Assembly (NCBI GenBank): GCA_963668355.1
Contig: OY764265.1
Location: 2,144,001-2,208,000, forward strand
From: Bdellovibrionota bacterium
GTDB lineage: Bacteria; Bdellovibrionota_G; JALEGL01; DATDPG01
Direction: 5' to 3'
DNA length: 64,000 nt
How positions within the stretch are numbered: the stretch's first letter is position 1; each line of letters opens with the position of its first letter. The notes under the pieces were generated by a model. It saw only the letters and a program-made list of their open reading frames with translations, had not been told where the DNA came from and did not search any database. Shown piece after piece: positions 57,408-64,000 of the stretch. Position numbers and translations under genes: made by a program.

Positions 57408-59282
57408 TTGAATCTCTTGTCAAAAAAGAACGTTCTTCTGGTCTTTGGGTGTTTCTTCCTGTTCACGGCTTGTACGAGTCAAATTGGTCCCGTTTCTTCA
57501 GACGATGATTCGAATGTTTCCTCAGGGGAGACGACGGATGATGCGTCTACCTATGTTCCTGGAAATGGCGAGTTGTTTAGTTGTCAGGGACGTCCTGCCG
57601 AAAACGCGTTTTTGTGTCCGGGAGATGATCGCAACTTAACGACCGATGTTGATTATTCTGCCGTGAGTGCATGTACGGAAGAACGAAAATGTGAAGTTCA
57701 ATGTCGGACTGGATATGTTTTTGAGGATGGGGCATGCGTATTCGATCGAAATGCTACCGATATTTGTGAGGCGACAGGTGGGGCACAATGTTATTACATT
57801 GCTCCCGATGGAGATGACTCAAACGATGGGAGCCTGGCGCATCCTTTCGCTTCTACGAATCCAATCATTGATATCATTAGCGCGGGTGACTTTATTTACT
57901 TTCGGGATGGAAGTTATGGAGAGCGTGCCCAAGGCCAAATCGTAAACTACGCGAATTGGCTCCCGGACCATTATGCGGTTGCCTACATTCGCAGAGATGG
58001 AGAAGAGAATCGACCCATTACGTTTAAAGCCTATCCTGGCGAACAGCCGGTGTTTGATTTGTATGAGATCAATCCAGCGTGCGTTCCTGATTCGTTGGAT
58101 GATTGTGCGAACGATGCTTTTCATGTGCGAGGTGCGGACTACATTCGGATTGAGGGGATGGAAATAGTACATGGATCTATCTTTGTTGGAGGCAATTCCC
58201 AATACACATGGATCGAAAACAATCATGTACATGATTTGTATACCGATCGGGACAACAACGGTTTGATCATGTTGTATTTTACGCAGTATGCATACGTTCG
58301 GAACAATGTCTTACATGATACGTATTCTCGAAGCATTCCCGATGGCGATGGCGGGTGGAAGTTTAACGCTACCAAGGAACATTACGATGCTCAGCATAAT
58401 GGTTGCATTACAACCCTTTCGGGCGATGGGTATGTTGGGTATGGCAATGAAACCTCTGGCCCCTTTGAATTCACGAGCAACGACATTTACGATTGTCCGG
58501 TTCATCTCTTTATGAAGAATTCACAAGGGCAGATGGTGAATGAGGATGGAATCAATATTCTCATCAAGGACAATTACTTTCATGGTGAAGGGCGTTTGGC
58601 TCAGTGGTTTGAGGCGGCCAATGTTGTTTTTGAAAACAATCTTTTTAAAGACATTGAAGGAATCTCAGCCTTGGGCAAGGGAGAGCAGTTTGAAGAGGGG
58701 GGTGATTTGTCGATGTTAAACGAGATATCCGCCCGCAATGTGCAATTCCGTCACAATGTTTTTACCTCTACATCCTCTGTCGTTGCCATGCACGGACAAG
58801 GGTTTTTGCTTGAAAACGGCGTGTATTCAACGGCGCTGGCCGATAAGTTTAAGTTTTATAATAATGTGGTGATGTTGTCGGCTGCAGCAAGTCCCGGATC
58901 GATGGGGTGGAACGAGGGAGGATTTATTTTTGGGAATAGCTATGCTGGAATGATTGATGATGATCCCTCACGATCTAAAACCTTGTCGCGGATCAATTCC
59001 CAAAATAACTGCTTTGTGAACGAGCGGGGTGAGAACGTTGCATTTTTGAAACATTGGTTCAATGGCTCGGACTCCATCACCGGATACAGCCACGCGGAGT
59101 CTCAATCCGAATTCGGGATTAACGGAGATGGGGATATTTTTCCTACTGAGACAAATCCCAGTGTTCATTTCAATGACCCCGAAAACTATGACTACTCCAT
59201 CAAAGACGGATCTCCCTGCTCTGAGATCGAGCATGTGGGCTTGTTGAATCCGGGCCTCTTTAGTCGAAGAGGCGAACTCTAG
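57408..59282 (+). CDS. Lipoprotein with a Cys-rich module and a right-handed parallel beta-helix (pectate-lyase-like) domain; start uncertain
   Basis: Lipobox FTAC; YYIAPDGDDSNDGSLAHPF, GD.IY.R.G.Y, PITFKAYPGE and repeated IENNHVHD/VRNNVLHD motifs. Confidence 0.75.
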   Translation: MNLLSKKNVLLVFGCFFLFTACTSQIGPVSSDDDSNVSSGETTDDASTYVPGNGELFSCQGRPAENAFLCPGDDRNLTTDVDYSAVSACTEERKCEVQCRTGYVFEDGACVFDRNATDICEATGGAQCYYIAPDGDDSNDGSLAHPFASTNPIIDIISAGDFIYFRDGSYGERAQGQIVNYANWLPDHYAVAYIRRDGEENRPITFKAYPGEQPVFDLYEINPACVPDSLDDCANDAFHVRGADYIRIEGMEIVHGSIFVGGNSQYTWIENNHVHDLYTDRDNNGLIMLYFTQYAYVRNNVLHDTYSRSIPDGDGGWKFNATKEHYDAQHNGCITTLSGDGYVGYGNETSGPFEFTSNDIYDCPVHLFMKNSQGQMVNEDGINILIKDNYFHGEGRLAQWFEAANVVFENNLFKDIEGISALGKGEQFEEGGDLSMLNEISARNVQFRHNVFTSTSSVVAMHGQGFLLENGVYSTALADKFKFYNNVVMLSAAASPGSMGWNEGGFIFGNSYAGMIDDDPSRSKTLSRINSQNNCFVNERGENVAFLKHWFNGSDSITGYSHAESQSEFGINGDGDIFPTETNPSVHFNDPENYDYSIKDGSPCSEIEHVGLLNPGLFSRRGEL

Positions 59283-59338
59283 CCTCAAATCAAAGACGAA
59301 ATTTCCGGAGTCGTTCAACCTGGATCCTTAAAGGGGAA

Positions 59339-59382
59339 TGTCAAATAGACTTGACATCTTGGCGTGTACACTCTACTTTACA
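59339..59382 (+). promoter_or_regulatory. sigma-70 promoter overlapped by two dyad operators (XRE autoregulation)
   Basis: TTGACA-N17-TACTTT; dyads TGTCAA-N6-TTGACA and TGTACA-N6-TTTACA. Confidence 0.7.
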
Positions 59383-59417
59383 TTTGTGAAGAAAATACAT
59401 GTTGGAGATTTCATAAG

Positions 59418-59642
59418 ATGCCGCGACTGACGACAAGGCTTGAGATTCAAAATGACCTTTCGAGTTTAAGGGCTCGGGAAGGGATTACGCAGCAGGAACT
59501 AGCCGACGCGGTTGGGGTGACCCGGGCGACGGTCATTGCCCTGGAAAAGGGAAATTACAATCCATCCCTTGAACTTGCATTTCGTCTTTCGGGATATTTC
59601 CGCTTGGGTGTTGAGGAGATTTTTAAGGTGAAAGGAGCCTAG
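59418..59642 (+). CDS. XRE-family HTH transcriptional regulator
   Basis: ITQQELADAVGVTRATVIALEKGNYNPSLELAF signature. Confidence 0.92.
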   Translation: MPRLTTRLEIQNDLSSLRAREGITQQELADAVGVTRATVIALEKGNYNPSLELAFRLSGYFRLGVEEIFKVKGA

Positions 59643-59643
59643 G

Positions 59644-60243
59644 GTGAAAAAGGTCTTTCGATGGGTTCAAAACTACTTGGTTTATGCATCGCCGTTTGTG
59701 GTGGTTACGATGATCTGGAGCCATTTTCGGTCTGGAGGTGAAAGCCCATTACAGAGCGTGGTGTCGAAGTTTCTTTGGAATGTCTTTTCCTGGAACTTAA
59801 TGCTTTGGTTCGTTGTTCTTATTCTTTTCTTTTTCATGTTGGTTTTTTGGCCCTTTGCCAGAGAACAAACTCTCAAACGCGTAGCAAATATTAAGGATCG
59901 GGACGAGCGGGAAGAATTGATTTCTGGAAAGGCCGCGAAGACCTCTTATATATCGACGTTGAGCATTCTCATTCTTTTCTTGTTTCTGTCTATCTTTCAG
60001 CTTGAGGTTAAACGTCTTCCCCCGGATCAAGCCATCGATGGGAAAACCGGGACTGTAAGCATTGGTATGGGGTTTGAATTTTTTGAGACAGCGAAGATTG
60101 AGGGGGAAGGGGCGGACTCTCCTTTTTTTGAAATGAAAGAGTTTCCACTTTCAAAGCCTGCAATTCTCCTATTGATTTTGATTGGACATGTGGGAGTGTT
60201 CAATCTTTGCATTCGAAAAGAATTTTCTAACGGTTCTTCTTAA
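59644..60243 (+). CDS. Membrane protein (DUF2178-like) cotranscribed with the XRE regulator
   Basis: Four TM segments and a DEREELIS.KA motif. Confidence 0.7.
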   Translation: MKKVFRWVQNYLVYASPFVVVTMIWSHFRSGGESPLQSVVSKFLWNVFSWNLMLWFVVLILFFFMLVFWPFAREQTLKRVANIKDRDEREELISGKAAKTSYISTLSILILFLFLSIFQLEVKRLPPDQAIDGKTGTVSIGMGFEFFETAKIEGEGADSPFFEMKEFPLSKPAILLLILIGHVGVFNLCIRKEFSNGSS

Positions 60244-60291
60244 GACTGACTGTTTGAAACTGAGTTCCTTGAAACGGTAAAATGGGTTTGT

Positions 60292-60828
60292 CTAGGACTC
60301 GATGCTTTCCAAAGTGCAGTTCAGCTCGGGTTGGGTCTGGCATGAAACCCACCCAATATAGATGGCATTTGGCTCGCCCCGATTCTTAAACGGAATTTCA
60401 ACTTCGATATAGTCTTCTGAAGTGCGATGGATTTGAATTTGTTGAAGAAGGGGCATGATTTGCGTTCCTTCTTCATGTTTCAGAACTTCAAAAGCCATTC
60501 GTTTGATGTGACTTTCAGAAAGTTGGTTTAGGGAAGATCCGGGTTCTGCACCTCCGTTTATTTGTTCTGAGACTTGCATGAGTCTCATCTGAAGCTCATG
60601 CAAGTCTTGTTTGATGGAAGAATCGTCCTCTCTTGAATGGGATTCTTCCAGATCTTCTCTGAGGTGGTGGATTTCCTCCGCAAGCTCATGCAGGATATCC
60701 ACGGATGCTTCCTCAACCGATGCAGGGTTGTTTTGGGCAGCGGGTGTTTGCGTTGGAATTTCTGGGTTGCAAGCCAGAAAAATTCCACAGATTGCGAGGA
60801 AATATGCTGGGGTTTTAATGATGTTCAT
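60292..60828 (-). CDS. Hypothetical lipoprotein with a coiled coil
   Basis: Lipobox FLAC; start overlaps the stop of the upstream gene. Confidence 0.65.
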   Translation of the reverse strand: MNIIKTPAYFLAICGIFLACNPEIPTQTPAAQNNPASVEEASVDILHELAEEIHHLREDLEESHSREDDSSIKQDLHELQMRLMQVSEQINGGAEPGSSLNQLSESHIKRMAFEVLKHEEGTQIMPLLQQIQIHRTSEDYIEVEIPFKNRGEPNAIYIGWVSCQTQPELNCTLESIES

Positions 60829-61381
60829 GCTCGTGAAGGCCTTGCTTTTCAGGAAGAACGATGGAGCCTTCCTCAACAAGGTCTTTTAGGTAGAAACCAT
60901 CATAAACAAAGATGCGTTTATTTGGATTAGAAAGGTCTTTTTCTTCAAATCCTTGGTAAGGAGTTAAATCTGCCACGCGGGGGATATGCGTGCAAACTTC
61001 CTCACAATGAACTTCAAAACTTCCATCGTCTACATGAAGGTGGCAGCAGTGACAGTGTTGGCTTAAGTACGCTTGCGCATCTTCATCGTATTCCAAATAA
61101 TAGGATGCCAGGACATAATGATCGTTTGTGAGATAGACCATGGCCGGGGGATGTAGAAAGTCTCGATCTTCGTTATCTTCTGTACGGACCTCAACAAAGA
61201 CCCGGCGATTGATCTTCTCGAACTGATTCTGTCCGCCAATTCCATAGTCAAATTCATATTGTATCTGAGTGGCTTCTAGCACTCGAGAAACGTCTGTAGG
61301 TTCTAATCGACTTGCCATTGTCATGGTAGGCAGAAGCGCGGTGCTGACAAGGAGCAAGAGGTTTTTTCGGATGTTTTTCAT
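60815..61381 (-). CDS. Exported His/Cys-rich hypothetical protein
   Basis: RBS GGAAGGA, signal peptide, HCHCCHLH...HC...C.H cluster and a C-terminal HEHEHH. Confidence 0.65.
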   Translation of the reverse strand: MKNIRKNLLLLVSTALLPTMTMASRLEPTDVSRVLEATQIQYEFDYGIGGQNQFEKINRRVFVEVRTEDNEDRDFLHPPAMVYLTNDHYVLASYYLEYDEDAQAYLSQHCHCCHLHVDDGSFEVHCEEVCTHIPRVADLTPYQGFEEKDLSNPNKRIFVYDGFYLKDLVEEGSIVLPEKQGLHEHEHH

Positions 61382-61423
61382 GTTTGTTTTCCTTCCAGAA
61401 TGTTTCGGGCCGGGGTATCACAA

Positions 61424-61442
61424 AATGCAAGAAAATTGCAAT
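61424..61442. promoter_or_regulatory. Fur-family-type dyad operator between divergent genes
   Basis: aaTGCAA-gaaaa-TTGCAat. Confidence 0.55.
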
Positions 61443-61469
61443 AAAGAATATTTTGGTTAGAATCAATTC

Positions 61470-61916
61470 ATGGCATTTTCTGATGCAGCTGCGGAAGTCT
61501 TGTTGAAAAATTCGGCTCGTATGACCAAACCTCGGCAGGTGATTTTGCGTTGCTTTGATCGGGTGTCGGCGCCCCTTTCGGTCCCTGAAATCATTGAGAA
61601 AGTGTGTGGAAAAGGAAGGAAATCATCCTCCATTGACCCTGTTTCGGTCTATCGGACCATTGACCTTCTGACCCGATTACGACTGCTTCATCGAGTGGCT
61701 CCAACAGGAGGATATTTACCTTGTAAGCACACAAAATGTGGGATTGAACACCACGTATTGATGTCTTGTCGGAAATGCCAGAAAGTGGACGAGGTGGGGG
61801 TGCCTGAGGCGATGATTCGTTCCCTTCACTGGTATCTTCAGGAACATCTTAATTTTTGTTCCGATCCTCATGTGGTTCAAGTTTCTGGGATTTGTGGGAA
61901 ATGCCAAAAGAATTAA
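61470..61916 (+). CDS. Fur-family transcriptional regulator (Zur/Fur-like)
   Basis: RMTKPRQVIL, SVYRTIDLL, HH..M.CRKC and C-terminal CGKC motifs. Confidence 0.9.
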   Translation: MAFSDAAAEVLLKNSARMTKPRQVILRCFDRVSAPLSVPEIIEKVCGKGRKSSSIDPVSVYRTIDLLTRLRLLHRVAPTGGYLPCKHTKCGIEHHVLMSCRKCQKVDEVGVPEAMIRSLHWYLQEHLNFCSDPHVVQVSGICGKCQKN

Positions 61917-61952
61917 ATTGTAAAAAACATGCAATAAATATAGAGGGACTCT

Positions 61953-62402
61953 ATGTCGTACAAATGGATGTCGTTTTTGGGTGTGTTTCTGTGGTCGCTT
62001 TCTGCTCAGGGGTGGGTCGATGTTTCGGCGGTGTGCCAGGGAAATCTCGGACAGCGCTTTGACCTTTCACTTTCAGGTCCAGAGGAGGTTTTTCTGGAAA
62101 TTGAAGGCATGCCCTGTGAAGGAATTCATGAGATCAATTTCAAAGAAAATCATTTTAGCTTAGAGCTTTCACCCAGGGGAACGTATTTTTTGGGCTCCTT
62201 AACTTGTGACGATCGGGTCTATTGGTGGTTCATGGAGGAAGTCAAGGGCGTGAGCCTGGCGGGCTTGTTGCAGATTTATAGAGTTCCTGGGTGGAGTACT
62301 CCCGAAAAAGTAGAGCTACTTTCAGAAGAGTCCCAACGGCGAGGCCTTCGCATCTCTTGTGTGTCAGGGGAGATGTCTTTGAGTCAAAAGGATGTGAATT
62401 AG
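61953..62402 (+). CDS. Secreted hypothetical protein
   Basis: RBS GAGGGA and a signal peptide ending AQG. Confidence 0.55.
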   Translation: MSYKWMSFLGVFLWSLSAQGWVDVSAVCQGNLGQRFDLSLSGPEEVFLEIEGMPCEGIHEINFKENHFSLELSPRGTYFLGSLTCDDRVYWWFMEEVKGVSLAGLLQIYRVPGWSTPEKVELLSEESQRRGLRISCVSGEMSLSQKDVN

Positions 62403-62405
62403 CGG

Positions 62406-63158
62406 TTAGTCGATGATGAGCCACGGTTGACCGTGGTGCTCGATGCGTTTCGCGGAAACGCCGAACGCAGTTTGAATCATTTCTTCTTTGAGTTCGGCTG
62501 TCGTGCCTTGAGAGAGGATTCTGCCTTCATGTAAGAGAAGGAAGTGCGTGGCGAAACGCAAAGCCAAATTGAGGTCGTGAATGGCAACCAGGATGAGCGG
62601 CTCTTGAATTTGGCGAAGTATTTCCAGAACGTGAAGTTGATATTTGATGTCTAAATTGGCCGTGGGTTCATCGATGAGCAAGAGCTTCGGTTTTTGAACG
62701 AAAGCGCGGGCAATGATGACGCGTTGACGTTGTCCTCCCGAAAGTTCAAGGATCTCTCGATGAGCCAAGTGTTCCAGATCGAATTTTTTGAGGGCCTCGT
62801 GGACGTGATCATAGTCTTCGCTTCGTGGGCGAAGACCGAAATGGGGCATTCTTCCTAGAAGGACGGCATCAAAGACCGATGACGGTCGACGAAGTTCATC
62901 TCGCTGAGGAACGTAGGCCATGTTTTGGGCTCGTTCTGTGGGTGTAAACTCCGAAACGTTCTGTCCGTTTAGACGTACTTCCCCGGTGTTTGGTTGAAGG
63001 ATTTGGTTAATGGATCGAAGGAGGGTGCTCTTTCCTGCGCCATTGGGGCCGAGCAATGCCACAATTTCTCCCCCCGAGAAGGAACATTGAATGTCTTTCA
63101 GGGCTTGAAAAGAACCAAAGCTTAAGGAGAGATTTTCAATGTCAAGCTGGGTCACCAT
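62406..63158 (-). CDS. Iron-siderophore/cobalamin ABC transporter ATP-binding protein (FepC/BtuD-like)
   Basis: GPNGAGKS, LSGGQ, LIDEPT and HDLNLA motifs. Confidence 0.92.
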   Translation of the reverse strand: MVTQLDIENLSLSFGSFQALKDIQCSFSGGEIVALLGPNGAGKSTLLRSINQILQPNTGEVRLNGQNVSEFTPTERAQNMAYVPQRDELRRPSSVFDAVLLGRMPHFGLRPRSEDYDHVHEALKKFDLEHLAHREILELSGGQRQRVIIARAFVQKPKLLLIDEPTANLDIKYQLHVLEILRQIQEPLILVAIHDLNLALRFATHFLLLHEGRILSQGTTAELKEEMIQTAFGVSAKRIEHHGQPWLIID

Positions 63159-64000
63159 AACCGTTTTCTCCTGACCACAAGGTAGAGGAAGAGGGGGGCC
63201 CCCAAGAAAGAAGTCAGAACTCCCACGGGTACGATCAAAGGGGAAGCCAGGTTTCTGGCCGCCAAGTCAGCCACCAAGAGAAGGAGCGCGCCCCCCAATG
63301 CAGAGGCCGGAAGGACAAAGCGTTCATCTCCACCCAATATGCGACGAACCATATGGGGAACAATCAATCCGATAAAGCCAATGATGCCGACGAGGGCAAC
63401 CACTGTGGCCGTAGCTAGAGAGGCTACGAGCATTCCTTCCACCCGAAGTCTGGAAGGATTGACGCCTAAACTGATGGCGGTTTCGTCACCACTGTCTACG
63501 GCGTTTAACGACCACGAGCGAAGTGTGAAATAGCTCAGAGAAAACAACACCACAAAGGCCATGGGGAGAAGTTCGCCCCAGGTGACACGCCCCACATCGC
63601 CAAACGTCCAAAAAATAATGGATGCGATTTCCACATCGGAAGCGAGGTATTGGAGGCCCGTGACACCGGCTGCAAAAAGCGTCGAAAGAGCAACGCCTGC
63701 TAGAATGAGCGTTTCTGGATTTGATCCTTTCAATCGAGCGATCAGGACCAGGGCAACCGCCGCTATTAGTGAGGACAGGAATGCGAAGAAACTTGTCATC
63801 CAGGCACTGTCTAAGAGAACTGCATCAGTTGCGCTGCTATGAAGGCTTCCAGCTCCAAAACATACAATCGCCAGGGCGGCTCCGAAGGCGGCGGCTTGGG
63901 ATAAGCCCAGCGTGAAAGGAGATCCGAGAGGATTTCTGAGAAGACTTTGCATGGCGGCGCCAGCTACGGCGAGTCCCGCGCCACTTAGAATGGCCGCAAC
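63152..64000 (-). CDS. FecCD-family ABC permease; 5' end lies outside the window
   Basis: Q.LLRNPLGSP.TLG, G.E.A.SLG, IGFIGLIVPH and PVGVLTS.LGAP motifs; the frame stays open to the window edge. Confidence 0.92.
   Translation of the reverse strand, partial: VAAILSGAGLAVAGAAMQSLLRNPLGSPFTLGLSQAAAFGAALAIVCFGAGSLHSSATDAVLLDSAWMTSFFAFLSSLIAAVALVLIARLKGSNPETLILAGVALSTLFAAGVTGLQYLASDVEIASIIFWTFGDVGRVTWGELLPMAFVVLFSLSYFTLRSWSLNAVDSGDETAISLGVNPSRLRVEGMLVASLATATVVALVGIIGFIGLIVPHMVRRILGGDERFVLPASALGGALLLLVADLAARNLASPLIVPVGVLTSFLGAPLFLYLVVRRKRLW

Noticed and set aside
35220..64000. Prophage, ICE or tyrosine-integrase island inserted in ssrA
   Set aside because: No integrase, phage structural or conjugation genes, and I found no duplicated tmRNA 3' end (attR) in the window. 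It could lie beyond the window.

Overview
Bacterial chromosomal window, probably from a Bdellovibrionota/Myxococcota-like ('deltaproteobacterial') lineage, judging by the pilR-pilA-pilG-pilH-pilI-pilD gene order, tgl, sigma-54 promoters and the tmRNA tag GDNTEYALAA. The first ~35 kb is core genome. It holds a type IV pilus locus interleaved with GT-C glycosyltransferase-like genes and a membrane spermidine-synthase-like gene, a TCA/nucleotide operon (icd-mdh-sucCD-ndk-rlmN-mtnP), tgl, TPR and secreted proteins, a histone-H1-like protein and ssrA (tmRNA). An accessory region with no recognisable integrase starts exactly at the tmRNA CCA end. It opens with a small GIY-YIG nuclease bracketed by repeats and a perfect palindrome. 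About 11 gene modules follow (36.0-55.7 kb), almost all bounded by one family of AATTCnGGGGACAC...GTGTCCCCnGAATT hairpin elements. The cargo includes a KAP NTPase, a restriction-nuclease/RAMA plus membrane-HerA pair, an RX4H (HEPN-like) protein, a CBASS operon (patatin + CdnE-type CD-NTase) with a tightly coupled DisA-type diadenylate-cyclase-domain gene, a MepA-like peptidoglycan peptidase with a partner, and several secreted proteins. The last 8 kb holds a putative nucleotidyltransferase/RHH pair, a beta-helix lipoprotein, XRE and Fur regulators and a FecCD/FepC ABC transporter. The top candidates for an undescribed system are the hairpin-delimited defence/effector cassette array and the CBASS operon carrying a second cyclase. 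All calls come from motif recognition by eye; no database searches were run.
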